DNA of 52,942 bases from NCBI GenBank assembly GCA_024695705.1, contig JAILHP010000118.1, forward strand, positions 1-52,942, given 5' to 3'. Position 1 is the stretch's first letter. The number at the start of each line of letters is the position of its first letter. This document shows positions 10,589 to 20,497 of this stretch, one piece after another. The position numbers and the translations under genes are program-made. This DNA is from Prevotella sp. (GTDB taxonomy: Bacteria > Bacteroidota > Bacteroidia > Bacteroidales > Bacteroidaceae). The notes below the pieces were generated by a model. It did no database searches, had not been told where the DNA came from, and saw only the letters and a list, made by a program, of their open reading frames with translations.

Positions 10589-12625
10589 TTAAAAGGCGTA
10601 GCGGAAGCCGGCCATGAGCCAGCAGCCGGGTTGGGGTACGTTGCCGAAATCCACATAACGGTGGTTGAGCAGGTTGTTGGCCTCGGCGTAGAGCGTGTAG
10701 GCATCCGCCTGCCAAGTCAGTCGCGTGTCAACCACAGAGTAGGGGTGGTAGGTTCGTTGCTGTCCGCTGGTATCGGTGTAACTGCCCATGCGATCCTGGA
10801 AACGGTACTTTACTTCGAGCGAGAGACGGCTGACCAGTGGCAGCCCCAATGAGGCGGTCAGCTTGTGGCGCAGGTACTCCAGTGAGTATTGGGACTGCAG
10901 GTAGGGCAGTTCGTCTTTCTGCTGGTGAAGATAACAGTAGGATAACTGACAATGGAAGATTGATAATTGACAACTGACGTCAGTTTCGAAGCCGAGGTTG
11001 TTGATTCTGGTCAGGTTCACGCTCTGCCACGTGGCTTCTGCATCGCGAGTGTCCATTACCCAGTCGATGGTGTTTCGCTGGTGATGGTGGAATACAGCTG
11101 CCTTGGCGGTTAGTTTGGGGGCGAAGAACTTGACGCCCAGCTCCACGGCTCGCAGCTCCTCAGGCTTCAAGTATTTGTCGGCTTTGTGTTCGCCTACGCT
11201 ATAGTAAAGTTCTGTAAACGAGGGCATTCGCAATGATTCATTATAGGAAGCATACACCTTCCAATGCTCACCTATACGCAGGCTGGCATCAATTCCCGGA
11301 TAGAGAGTAAAGGGCATTTGGTTCCAGGTGTTTTTTACTGCTACGAGGCCTGCTGAGAGTGTGAAGTGACGCGTCACGATGTTGTGCTCCAGATGGAAGC
11401 TGAGGTTGGTGCGGTTAAGGCCGAACTGATAGTTTCCGGCTGGTTCATTGAGCGGTTCACCCAGGTTGCTACTGACAATATCCTCGTTGCGAAACTCGGC
11501 TCCGAAGGCCGTGCGTCCCAGCGGGGTATCGAACCAGCTGTTGAGGCTCAGACCGAAGACGTCCGTGCGATGGCGATTGAAGGGAATCTTATCTTCCTTG
11601 CCCCGGATGAGCTCAAAGCGGTCGTGCGTGCGGTTCCAGTAGAGGCTGGGGTGGAAATGGAAAATGCCTGCGCCCATGTCTCCCTGCAAGGCGGTGTAGA
11701 ACTTGGTGATGCTCTCGTATTGCTCATCGTACTTGGCACTATAGAAGGTGTTGGAGCCGAAGCCCTTAGTGCTCAAGCCGGCGTAATACTTGAGACTTGA
11801 GTGTTGGGAGAGGAGCGGCGTTTCTCCTTGGTAGAAGGCATTGAAGCCTGAGTAGTCGCTGTTGAGGGAACCGTTCTTTGAACGGCTGTAGCCGTCGCTT
11901 CGGGTGTAGGATGCGGAGAGGGAGGAACGTTGACGGTCAAAGGCAATCCTTCCGCCTGCGGACAAATAGCCAAACGAGCCGCTTTCCGCGCGAAAGACTT
12001 TGTTCTCATCTCCCTCAGAGGAAGATGTGGGGAGAGTTGTTACAATATTGATGGCACCTATGAGCGACGAGGTGCCATAGATGCGTGCGGCGGGCCCCTC
12101 AAGAATCTCTATGCGTTGTATGTCGTCGAGACTGCAGGGAAGAACAAAGGCGTTATGCCCCGTCTGCGGGTCGCAGATGTTGATGCCGTTGAGCAGGATG
12201 GTGATTTGCTCCTGTGTGCCTCCCCGGATGCTTACGTCCGTCTGGGCCCCTATGGGTCCCCGTTGGCGTACGTCCACTCCAGCGGCATTCTTTAATAGGT
12301 CGTTGATACTTTGTACTGGCGCCGCCTGAATGTCGTCGCGCGTCAGTACAGTTACCATTCTCGCTGCCTGGCCAAGTGCCAGGGGGGCGCGTGAGGCCGT
12401 GACTTCTACGTCGTCAATGGTCAGCTCCTTGTCGATGTGGACGGTGTCTGCCGGTTCCTCATCGGTGCTGATGTGACGGCTGGCAGCCGTGGCGTTCCTC
12501 AGGGTCGATGCGCTCAGAACGCTGATGACTACCACTCGTCCCAGACAGGCAAAGAGTGACCAGCCTTTATGCGTAAACTGCTTAAAGACCAGTGCCTTGC
12601 GCTGATTGAAAAGGGTTTTGTACAT
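10589..12625 (-). CDS. TonB-dependent receptor (BtuB/plug-barrel type, not SusC)
   Basis: VEVTASR, plug motifs GVDVRQRG..SIRG..LLNG and RIEILEGPAARIYG..GAINIVT, plus C-terminal NNLLN..Y.....PG...GFRYAF. Confidence 0.9.
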   Translation of the reverse strand: MYKTLFNQRKALVFKQFTHKGWSLFACLGRVVVISVLSASTLRNATAASRHISTDEEPADTVHIDKELTIDDVEVTASRAPLALGQAARMVTVLTRDDIQAAPVQSINDLLKNAAGVDVRQRGPIGAQTDVSIRGGTQEQITILLNGINICDPQTGHNAFVLPCSLDDIQRIEILEGPAARIYGTSSLIGAINIVTTLPTSSSEGDENKVFRAESGSFGYLSAGGRIAFDRQRSSLSASYTRSDGYSRSKNGSLNSDYSGFNAFYQGETPLLSQHSSLKYYAGLSTKGFGSNTFYSAKYDEQYESITKFYTALQGDMGAGIFHFHPSLYWNRTHDRFELIRGKEDKIPFNRHRTDVFGLSLNSWFDTPLGRTAFGAEFRNEDIVSSNLGEPLNEPAGNYQFGLNRTNLSFHLEHNIVTRHFTLSAGLVAVKNTWNQMPFTLYPGIDASLRIGEHWKVYASYNESLRMPSFTELYYSVGEHKADKYLKPEELRAVELGVKFFAPKLTAKAAVFHHHQRNTIDWVMDTRDAEATWQSVNLTRINNLGFETDVSCQLSIFHCQLSYCYLHQQKDELPYLQSQYSLEYLRHKLTASLGLPLVSRLSLEVKYRFQDRMGSYTDTSGQQRTYHPYSVVDTRLTWQADAYTLYAEANNLLNHRYVDFGNVPQPGCWLMAGFRYAF

Positions 12626-12648
12626 GTTGTTTATAATAAAATGATGTG

Positions 12649-12710
12649 CAAAGGTACAAAAAATAATTAATCATTCATCATTCACCATTCATTATTTTTT
12701 TGTACTTTTG
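12649..12710. promoter_or_regulatory. Back-to-back -7 boxes for the TonB receptor and queC, separated by a heptamer array
   Basis: TACCTTTG minus 12649-12656 and TACTTTTG plus 12703-12710, with TCATTCA-type repeats between them. Confidence 0.7.
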
Positions 12711-12718
12711 CAGCAATT

Positions 12719-13375
12719 ATGAAAGATTCTGTTTTGATACTGAGCGGTGGCATGGACAGTACCACCTTGTTATATGATGAGCAGGAGCGCATAGCTCTGG
12801 CCATCTCGTTCGACTACGGCAGCAAGCATAATGCCAAGGAGATACCCTTTGCACGTTGGCATTGTGAGCAGTTGGGCATCCGCCACATCGTGATACCCCT
12901 GGACTTCATGACCAAGTATTTTGTCAGCTCGCTCCTGGAGGGCGGCGAGGAGATTCCCGAAGGCCACTATGCCGACGAGAACATGCGTTCGACGGTGGTG
13001 CCCTTCCGTAATGGCATCATGCTCTCGATTGCTGTGGGAATCGCTGAATCGAATGGTCTTCAGTATGTGATGATGGCCAATCATGGCGGCGACCACACCA
13101 TCTACCCCGACTGTACCCCACAGTTTGTGGAGTCATTCGATGCTGCAGCGGCAGCCGGAACCTTTGTGAAGGTCCACCTGCGTTCGCCCTACACCAACAT
13201 TACCAAGGCTGACATTGCCCGCAGGGGCAAGGCGTTGGGCATTGACTATTCGAAGACGTGGTCGTGCTACAAGGGCGGGGAACAGCATTGCGGCAAGTGC
13301 GGCACCTGCGTGGAGCGAAAGGAGGCGCTGACCGAAGCGGGTATCGAGGATACGACGGAGTACAGCGATATTTAA
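12719..13375 (+). CDS. queC: 7-cyano-7-deazaguanine synthase
   Basis: SGGMDS, VPFRN, YPDC and TWSCY...CGKCGTC..R zinc motif. Confidence 0.95.
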   Translation: MKDSVLILSGGMDSTTLLYDEQERIALAISFDYGSKHNAKEIPFARWHCEQLGIRHIVIPLDFMTKYFVSSLLEGGEEIPEGHYADENMRSTVVPFRNGIMLSIAVGIAESNGLQYVMMANHGGDHTIYPDCTPQFVESFDAAAAAGTFVKVHLRSPYTNITKADIARRGKALGIDYSKTWSCYKGGEQHCGKCGTCVERKEALTEAGIEDTTEYSDI

Positions 13376-13412
13376 AAAGTGCTTGTGCCCCCTCTGGGGG
13401 GCGAAGGAGTAT

Positions 13413-14846
13413 CTATCCGAACAAGGCGCGTAGGGCTTCTTCTACCTTACGCACGGGTACCAATTCTATCTTGAACTTCTTGCGGTTCAATCCTGAAAGA
13501 TTATATTTGGGGATGATGATGTGACTGAAGCCCAGCTTTTCGGCTTCGGCTATGCGCTGCTCAATACGGGCCACAGGGCGTACCTCACCTGAGAGTCCCA
13601 CCTCACCACACATGCACCAACCGCTCTCGATGGGCGTATCGACATTACTGGACAATACGGCGGCAATGACGGAGAGGTCCATCGCCATATCCGTGACACG
13701 CAGGCCACCGGCAATGTTCAGGAACACGTCTTTCTGCATCAGCTTAAAGCCCACACGTTTCTCCAACACGGCCAGCAGCATGTTCAGACGACGCTGGTCA
13801 AAGCCCGTGGCAGAGCGCTGCGGGGTGCCGTAGGCAGCACTGGAAACCAGAGCCTGAGTCTCGACGAGAAAAGGCCTGACACCCTCGATGGCGCTGCTGA
13901 TGGCCACACCCGAAAGTCCGTCGTGGTCTTCGGTGAGCAGCAGCTCTGAGGGGTTCGACACCTGTCGCAAACCGGTCTGCTGCATCTCGTAGATGCCTAG
14001 TTCAGAGGTACTTCCAAAGCGGTTTTTGATGCTGCGCAGGATGCGGTACATGTAGTGCTGGTCACCCTCGAACTGGATGACCGTATCAACGATGTGTTCC
14101 AGGATCTTCGGTCCTGCCAGCGTACCTTCCTTGGTGATGTGGCCGATGAGGATGACGGGTACGCCACTCGTCTTGGCAAAGCGCAAGAGGGCAGCGGCAC
14201 ACTCACGTACCTGGGCAATGCTGCCGGCCGAGGACTCCACGTCTTCTGTCGAGATGGTTTGTATGGAGTCAACGACGACAATCTCAGGCTTCGTCTCCTT
14301 GATCTGTTCAAAAATGGCTTCGAGCGAGTTCTCGCAGAGAATGAGGAAGTTATCATCGTTTAGTTGAGAGTTTAGAGTGTTGAGTTTAGAGTTCTCAGTT
14401 CTACACTCTCCACTATAAAGTCGCTCCGCCCTCATTTTCAGCTGGTGAGCACTTTCCTCACCGCTGACGTAAAGCACCCGCTTATCCGTCAGGCCCAGCA
14501 TGGTTTGCAGGGAGAGCGTGGATTTGCCGATACCGGGCTCTCCGCCCAGGAGCACGATGCTGCCAGGCACCAAGCCACCGCCCAGCACGCGGTTGAACTC
14601 TGCGTCGTGCATGTCGATGCGCGGGTCGTCGTGAGCCGAGATGTCACGCAGGCGCAAGGCCTTGGCTGCATCCCGCCCATGGCTGGAGATGCCGTTGGCA
14701 CTCCCTCTCCAATGGGAGGGGGCAGGGGGGAGGCTCTTTACCTCCTTAAAGGTATTCCACTGTCCGCAGGCAGGGCACTTGCCAATCCATTTCGGTGATT
14801 CCTGTCCGCAGTTCTCGCATACGTAAGCTATCTTGTCTTTTGCCAT
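13413..14846 (-). CDS. radA: DNA repair protein RadA/Sms
   Basis: C4 zinc finger, GGEPGIGKSTL, VDSIQT, KNRFG and Lon-like C-terminus. Confidence 0.97.
   Translation of the reverse strand: MAKDKIAYVCENCGQESPKWIGKCPACGQWNTFKEVKSLPPAPSHWRGSANGISSHGRDAAKALRLRDISAHDDPRIDMHDAEFNRVLGGGLVPGSIVLLGGEPGIGKSTLSLQTMLGLTDKRVLYVSGEESAHQLKMRAERLYSGECRTENSKLNTLNSQLNDDNFLILCENSLEAIFEQIKETKPEIVVVDSIQTISTEDVESSAGSIAQVRECAAALLRFAKTSGVPVILIGHITKEGTLAGPKILEHIVDTVIQFEGDQHYMYRILRSIKNRFGSTSELGIYEMQQTGLRQVSNPSELLLTEDHDGLSGVAISSAIEGVRPFLVETQALVSSAAYGTPQRSATGFDQRRLNMLLAVLEKRVGFKLMQKDVFLNIAGGLRVTDMAMDLSVIAAVLSSNVDTPIESGWCMCGEVGLSGEVRPVARIEQRIAEAEKLGFSHIIIPKYNLSGLNRKKFKIELVPVRKVEEALRALFG
14359..14416 (-). repeat. In-frame heptamer array (imperfect head-to-head arms) in radA
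   Basis: AGTGGAG AGTGTAG AACTGAG AACTCTA AACTCAA CACTCTA AACTCTC, encoding SGECRTENSKLNTLNSQLN. Confidence 0.75.
14701..14735 (+). repeat. Short G-rich palindromic element, in frame in radA
   Basis: CTCCCTCTCC-aatg-GGAGGGGG-CAGGGGGGAGGCT, encoding SLPPAPSHWRGS on the minus strand. Confidence 0.65.
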
Positions 14847-14874
14847 GATTTGACGTGTTGACTGTTCTTGCGTG

Positions 14875-14935
14875 CAAAGGTATAAAAAAAAGTTGAGAGT
14901 TGAGCGTTGAGTGTTGAGAGAATTTTGTAATTTTG
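14875..14935. promoter_or_regulatory. Back-to-back -7 boxes with a GTTGAGN heptamer array between them
   Basis: TACCTTTG minus 14875-14882, TAATTTTG plus 14928-14935, and GTTGAGA GTTGAGC GTTGAGT GTTGAGA at 14892-14919. Confidence 0.7.
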
Positions 14936-14943
14936 CAGCGAAT

Positions 14944-15861
14944 ATGAAGAAACTGGTATTTTTTCTATTGGCCGTGACGCTGTTGTCGGGTTGCGGACAA
15001 TCCTATGAAGAAGCAAAGCGTGAGCGACATCAGACGCGTGTCAGGCTGGCCAAGGAAGACTCGGCAGCCCTGAAGATTGCCGTGTTGCCCACCCTTGACT
15101 GTCTGCCGCTGTATGTGGCGCAGGAGCTGGGCCTCTATGATACGACCCTTGTCGATGTGCGACTGAAACCGTTTACGGCGCAGATGGATTGCGACACAGC
15201 GCTGATGGGTACCACAGCCGAAGGAGCAGTAACAGACCTGGTGCGCATGGAACGCTTGGTGAAGCAAGGTGCCCGTATGCACTACGTGGCGCAGACGGGA
15301 GCTTACTGGCAGTTGTTTACCAATCAGAATGCCCGTATTCATCAACTGAAACACCTGGAGGACAAGATGGTGGCCATGACACGCTACTCGGTGACCGACA
15401 TGCTGACGGACAAGGCCGTTGATAGTGCCAAGGTGAAGTCGGAGTTCGTCTTCCGCATCCAGGTGAACGACATTGACGTGCGCATGCAGATGCTGGAGAA
15501 TAATGTGATGGATGCCCTGTGGCTTCCTGAGCCCCAGGCAACAGAGGCACGTCTGGCTCATCACCCTGTGTTGCTGGACAGCCGTCGGCTGGGCATGAAC
15601 TATGGTGTGCTGGCATTTAATCAGAAGAAGATGAGGTCGTATGACCGCAGGGTACAGCTGGATGCCTTCGTGAAAGGCTATGATGCTGCCTGTGATACCA
15701 TCAACAAGCTGGGTATCGGTCATTTCCGTGATTTGGCCGCCAGGTATTGTAAGGTAGATGCATCGGTCATTGACTCGCTGCCGAAGAATATTACCTTCCT
15801 GCATGCCCGCGGACCTTTGCAGCAGGATATTGAAAAGGTGAATGCGTGGCTGAAGAAGTAG
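14944..15861 (+). CDS. ABC-type substrate-binding lipoprotein (NMT1/SsuA-like fold), no cognate permease nearby
   Basis: Lipobox LSGC, LKIAVLPTLDCLPLYVAQELG and DALWLPEP. Start ATG 14944. Confidence 0.7.
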   Translation: MKKLVFFLLAVTLLSGCGQSYEEAKRERHQTRVRLAKEDSAALKIAVLPTLDCLPLYVAQELGLYDTTLVDVRLKPFTAQMDCDTALMGTTAEGAVTDLVRMERLVKQGARMHYVAQTGAYWQLFTNQNARIHQLKHLEDKMVAMTRYSVTDMLTDKAVDSAKVKSEFVFRIQVNDIDVRMQMLENNVMDALWLPEPQATEARLAHHPVLLDSRRLGMNYGVLAFNQKKMRSYDRRVQLDAFVKGYDAACDTINKLGIGHFRDLAARYCKVDASVIDSLPKNITFLHARGPLQQDIEKVNAWLKK

Positions 15862-15872
15862 AGTTGAGAAAA

Positions 15873-18074
15873 ATGGAACGTAACGACTCTTTGAAACGGG
15901 TGTTGTCTTGCCTGGCAGACCGCAATCTGGGAGGAGCCCTCACGGAGCTCCGCAATTTCTTTGCCCTTTATTCACAGCCGCAGGCCGAGGCAGAGCTGGA
16001 ACCGTTGCTGGCAGAGTACCAGATGATGTCCAACTACTGGAAGCGGGGCTATAAAGACCCGCAGCTTGAAGCCAACTTCAACCGTTTGCTGCAGCGAACG
16101 TGTCAGTTGTATGCCGATACCTCGCGCTGGCGCCGTATCATGGCGTCGCCCTTCATGTCAACGGTCTATTCCTCGCTGGCACAACAGCCTAGGGAATGGT
16201 CGGTGGCCAACATCCGTCAGGAACTGGAGGCGTATGTGAGCGATGTGGCTATGGTGAGTCTGGAGCCTGCCAACAAGCAGAAGACGCATCTGCAAGAACT
16301 GAACACCCGTCACCTGAAGAGCATGAGCCAGCTGTTTGATTACCTCTGGACGTCGCGCCACTGGTCGGATGCCACAGCACAGGCATTTGAAGAGATGCTC
16401 CTGTCGCCGACCGTCGATACCACAGACCAGCAGCTGATGATTTCGGCCATGACGCTGTCGCTGCTGAACACGTTTGACATGGCCAAGTTCCGCGTTCTGG
16501 TTCATGTCTATAGGCAGGCTTTGGTAGAGGCTGTACGCCAGCGGGCCTTGGTGGGTTGGGTCATGGGACGCAGCTACACCATGACCATCGTTTTTCCTGA
16601 AGAGCAGCAGTTGGTTAACGAGATGATGGAGGACGAGGCAATACGCAGGGAACTGCTGGAGCTGCAGATACAATTCCTCTATACTGTCAATGCAGAGAGC
16701 GACACCGCCAAGATACAGTCGGAAATCATGCCCGACCTGTTGAAGAATAATCATTTCCGCATCACGCGAAACGGAGTGGAAGAGGTGGAGGAAGACTCGT
16801 TGGAGGACATCCTGCATCCTGAGGCTGACGAAGAACGCATGGAGCGGGTGGAGGAGTCTTTCCGTAAGATGATTGACATGCAGAAGGAGGGGTCTGACAT
16901 TTACTTCGGAGGGTTCTCGCAGATGAAGCGTTTCCCCTTCTTCCACCGCATGTGTAACTGGTTCATGCCTTTCTCCATGACCCATCCCGAGGTAACGGAA
17001 ACCCTGAGCACCATCCAGCACAATCGTTTCTTGCAGCAAGTGCTGAGGAAAGGACCTTTCTGCAACAGCGACAAGTATTCGTTTGTTTTTGCCTTTAGTC
17101 AGGTGCTGGAACGGATGCCACAGAGCATGCGCGACCTGATGGAACAGGGAGAAGCAGCTATCGAAGTGGTGGACGACGAAGAGTCCGTAACGCCTACCTA
17201 TGTTCGCAGGATGTATTTGCAGGACCTCTACCGCTTTTTCCGACTGTTCGCGCATACGTCTCAGTTTGACCATCCGTTCAAGACTAGTGAGAGTGAACTG
17301 GGGCAGGTGCTCTTTTTTGCTTCTCCTTTATTCCGCAACACAAAACTGGAACTCTACTACGACAAGCTGGGCACCATGCTGCTACGCAGGAAGCGTTATG
17401 AAGATCTGAGGACGTTGATGAAAAACCAGGGTGAGAGCCACCGCACTTATACCTATTATATGCTGGCGGCTACTGCTATCAGGAATACCAAAGAGCCGAT
17501 GGACAGTAAAGTCAGGCTTGAAGGCATCCTGGAAAACTATCGGAACGCCCTCAACCTCAATCCGTTTGCGGAAAAGGCAATGCAGGGCGAGGCACGTATC
17601 TTGCTGGAAATGGAACGCTACGAGGAAGCGATTGCCACTTACGACCATCTGATAGCCATCAACCCCGACAAGCAGAGCTATGTGCTGAACAGGGCTGTGT
17701 GTCTGGAGAGTCTGGAACGTTACGAGGAGGCACTCAAGCCACTCTTTCGGCTCAACTACGAGCAGCCTGATGATGTCAACGTTTCGCGTGTGCTGGCTTG
17801 GACGCTGCTGGGCGTAGGGAAGTATGAACAGGCACTCACGCTGTATGAGAAACTGACCACTGTGGAACAGGCAGCCGCTGAGGATTTCCTGAATCAGGGC
17901 TATTGCATGTGGCTTACCGGCAATGTGCAGGGAGCTATTGACAGCTTCCGCCATTACCTCAAGGAAACGGGAGAGCCAGCCATCAACATCATCAACAATG
18001 AAGAGCGGATGCTGAGCAAGAAAGGCATCAGCAACGAGGAGATGCAGATGATGTACGACGCCATCGCTCCTTGA
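15873..18074 (+). CDS. Tetratricopeptide-repeat protein (conserved Bacteroidales type)
   Basis: C-terminal TPRs (YEEAIATYDHL...P; YEQALTLYEKL) and an EGSDIYFGGFSQMKRFPFF core. Start ATG 15873. Confidence 0.8.
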   Translation: MERNDSLKRVLSCLADRNLGGALTELRNFFALYSQPQAEAELEPLLAEYQMMSNYWKRGYKDPQLEANFNRLLQRTCQLYADTSRWRRIMASPFMSTVYSSLAQQPREWSVANIRQELEAYVSDVAMVSLEPANKQKTHLQELNTRHLKSMSQLFDYLWTSRHWSDATAQAFEEMLLSPTVDTTDQQLMISAMTLSLLNTFDMAKFRVLVHVYRQALVEAVRQRALVGWVMGRSYTMTIVFPEEQQLVNEMMEDEAIRRELLELQIQFLYTVNAESDTAKIQSEIMPDLLKNNHFRITRNGVEEVEEDSLEDILHPEADEERMERVEESFRKMIDMQKEGSDIYFGGFSQMKRFPFFHRMCNWFMPFSMTHPEVTETLSTIQHNRFLQQVLRKGPFCNSDKYSFVFAFSQVLERMPQSMRDLMEQGEAAIEVVDDEESVTPTYVRRMYLQDLYRFFRLFAHTSQFDHPFKTSESELGQVLFFASPLFRNTKLELYYDKLGTMLLRRKRYEDLRTLMKNQGESHRTYTYYMLAATAIRNTKEPMDSKVRLEGILENYRNALNLNPFAEKAMQGEARILLEMERYEEAIATYDHLIAINPDKQSYVLNRAVCLESLERYEEALKPLFRLNYEQPDDVNVSRVLAWTLLGVGKYEQALTLYEKLTTVEQAAAEDFLNQGYCMWLTGNVQGAIDSFRHYLKETGEPAINIINNEERMLSKKGISNEEMQMMYDAIAP

Positions 18075-19224
18075 GCCATTCGTACCCCCACATCCATAAC
18101 AGCGGAAGTCCTACTCCCACAATGGTGTAGAGTACCCAGAACCAGTCTTCACGAGAGTGTTCGTGAATAACCATGTGGCAGCCAATCTGCCGTGGGTCAA
18201 GCCCATAATACCATATCTTCAACAAGCTTACCAGTTTGAAGCACAGGATGTGGAAGACGAAGATGGACAGCGTGTGGTCGCCGCAATAGATGAGGAATCG
18301 CTTGACGATTCCTTCTTTTTTGTCAATCCACGTACTGATGTTATACACCATGAGGCAACCCAGCACAGCCGGCAGGGGGAGGGAGAGGAACTGCTCGAAT
18401 GTAGAACGCCAGTTCATGTTTGCCCACAGGTGTTGCGAGAACCACCATACGATAATGGCAAAGAGCAGCGTGGTCCACCACTTGACGCGATACTTGTGTT
18501 CCCACTGGCGAAAGATGAAACCGCAGCCAAAGAAGAAGCAACCCATGAGTTCACGATAGCCGCCCTGGATGAGGGTGATGATTTTCAGTCCTTCGTAAGT
18601 CTTCCAGGCACATAGCAGCAGTAGCACAGCACAGACGATGTAAGGGGTAGGGCCTACGCTGGTTGTAGGGCTACTGGAGCTCATGGGGTCTATAGTGCTC
18701 TTGGACTTGATGAACTTCAGTTTTCTAAGAAGCCAATCCACCCCCTTATATATAATAAGGTATAGAATGCTGGCCACGAGGAGTCCTCGGAAGAACCAAA
18801 AGGCACCGTTCAGAAACTGGTCGTAACCGCCCATGGCCGTCACAATGTTCCACAGGCATTGCTCTGTCTGGCGCCAGGCGTAGGGATGCGTCACACCTCC
18901 TGACTCGTTGCCATAGACCTCGTTCAGGATGCCGATGTCGAACATCCAGTTGTGAAGTATCAGGAAGATGATGCTCCATTTCACAAATGGCAAGTAAAGT
19001 CCCTTGAGGCGTTTCTTGATGAATGTCGTCTCGTCGTTCAGATAACGCAGGGAGAAGAAGTAGCCGGCAGCGGCAAAGAACAGCGGCATGTGAAACTCAT
19101 AGAGGAAACGGTGGAGCACGTCGGGTGACTCGGCATGACCGATGACCATAAGAATGATGGCAATGGCCTTGCAGATGCTGATGACGGTGTTGCGCTTGGG
19201 GCTTGTTGGGCTCATAGGACTCAT
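18028..19224 (-). CDS. Acyltransferase family 3 membrane protein
   Basis: KAIAIILMVIGH, FHMPLFF..AGYF, LYLPF and AFWFF motifs. Confidence 0.85.
   Translation of the reverse strand: MSPMSPTSPKRNTVISICKAIAIILMVIGHAESPDVLHRFLYEFHMPLFFAAAGYFFSLRYLNDETTFIKKRLKGLYLPFVKWSIIFLILHNWMFDIGILNEVYGNESGGVTHPYAWRQTEQCLWNIVTAMGGYDQFLNGAFWFFRGLLVASILYLIIYKGVDWLLRKLKFIKSKSTIDPMSSSSPTTSVGPTPYIVCAVLLLLCAWKTYEGLKIITLIQGGYRELMGCFFFGCGFIFRQWEHKYRVKWWTTLLFAIIVWWFSQHLWANMNWRSTFEQFLSLPLPAVLGCLMVYNISTWIDKKEGIVKRFLIYCGDHTLSIFVFHILCFKLVSLLKIWYYGLDPRQIGCHMVIHEHSREDWFWVLYTIVGVGLPLLWMWGYEWLKERWRRTSSASPRC
18647..18718 (-). repeat. In-frame degenerate 9-mer array (8 units) in the acyltransferase
   Basis: Encodes KFIKSKSTIDPMSSSSPTTSVGPT. 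A similar 9-mer array at about 19196-19229 encodes MSPMSPTSPK. Confidence 0.55.
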
Positions 19225-19228
19225 GCAC

Positions 19229-20497
19229 TTAGAGGAATGGACTCAGCAAGTGGGCAAACCAGCCGCGGAACTTCTGCCAGGGGGTACGGAAACGGTCCCA
19301 TTCCTCAGGAGTAAGATAGACCGACTTCAGCTTGTCACGCTCGAACATCTGTTCTAACTCATGGGTGGTTTCAGGGTCCATGATAACGGCATTCTCCTCG
19401 TAGTCCCAGCTCAGGCTACGGGCGTTGAGGTTGGCGCTGCCCACGGTGCAGTACTTACCGTCAACCATGATAATCTTTGAGTGGTGAAAGCCCGGCTGGT
19501 AGAGCCAGATGTCAATGCCGTGCTTCATCAGCTTGTGGACGTTGTAGAAGACGCAGTCAGGCGTCAGGGGGATGTCGCTCTTGGCTGACACCATGATCTC
19601 CACCTTCACGCCACGCTTGACGGCATTTTTCAATGCCTTCTTCAGTTTGTGGTTGAGGGTGAGGTAGGGGTTGATGAGCTTAATGGAGTCCTGTGCCGTG
19701 TTGATGGCCTCTAAATAGAAAGTGCGGATGATGTCAGCTGTCTTCTGTGGCTCACGGTTGATGATGCCCACCAGCTTATGGCCTGCCGTTGTCGTGGTGT
19801 CAGGGCGCAGGTCGTGGAAGCCATAGGGCTTGAACGTCCGGAAATACTTCTGGTCCCAGAGGTCTTCGTCAGTCACCTTCCGCCAGATACTCATGAAGAT
19901 GAGTTGGAGGTCGTGTACGGCAGTACCCTCGATGCGGCAGTGTATGTCACGCCATTCACCCACCTGTTCGGTTCCTTCAATGTAGTAGTCGGCCACGTTC
20001 ATGCCTCCCGTGTATGCGATTTGTCCGTCGATGACAACAATTTTCCGGTGGTCACGTGCGAAGACGTGGTTGATCCAGGGGAAGCGGATGGGGTCGAACT
20101 CGTATATCTGGATGCTGTCGTTCCACAGCGCCTCCAGGTGATGCTTCTTGAGGGGCTTGTTGTTGGAGTCGTTGCCGAAGGCATCAAACAGCGCACGTAC
20201 CACTACGCCTTCCTTGCGTTTCTCACGTAGCAGGTCGAAGAGCAATGATGCGATGCTGTCGTTGCGGAAGTTGAAATACTCCAGATGGATACTCTGTTTA
20301 GCCTGACGTATGGCTTTGAACATGTCTTCGAACTTGTCGTGTCCGCTGAGGAAAAGTGTCACACGGTTGTTGTCCGTAAACCTAATGCCCTTTTCCTTCA
20401 GCACTTCCACCATAGCTGAGTCACTACTAAGAACCTGTGCATGGATTTGTTCCATGCACAGTAAAAGTAGTATGATTAGCAAGGATTTCCGCCTCAT
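19229..20497 (-). CDS. cls: Cardiolipin synthase-like phospholipase D
   Basis: Two HKD motifs: HRKIVVIDG..AYTGGMN and HSKIIMVDG...VGSANLNARS. Confidence 0.85.
   Translation of the reverse strand: MRRKSLLIILLLLCMEQIHAQVLSSDSAMVEVLKEKGIRFTDNNRVTLFLSGHDKFEDMFKAIRQAKQSIHLEYFNFRNDSIASLLFDLLREKRKEGVVVRALFDAFGNDSNNKPLKKHHLEALWNDSIQIYEFDPIRFPWINHVFARDHRKIVVIDGQIAYTGGMNVADYYIEGTEQVGEWRDIHCRIEGTAVHDLQLIFMSIWRKVTDEDLWDQKYFRTFKPYGFHDLRPDTTTTAGHKLVGIINREPQKTADIIRTFYLEAINTAQDSIKLINPYLTLNHKLKKALKNAVKRGVKVEIMVSAKSDIPLTPDCVFYNVHKLMKHGIDIWLYQPGFHHSKIIMVDGKYCTVGSANLNARSLSWDYEENAVIMDPETTHELEQMFERDKLKSVYLTPEEWDRFRTPWQKFRGWFAHLLSPFL

Noticed and set aside
12626-12718. preQ1 or cobalamin riboswitch
   Set aside because: The 93-bp AT-rich gap is filled by two -7 boxes and a heptamer array, with no aptamer motifs.
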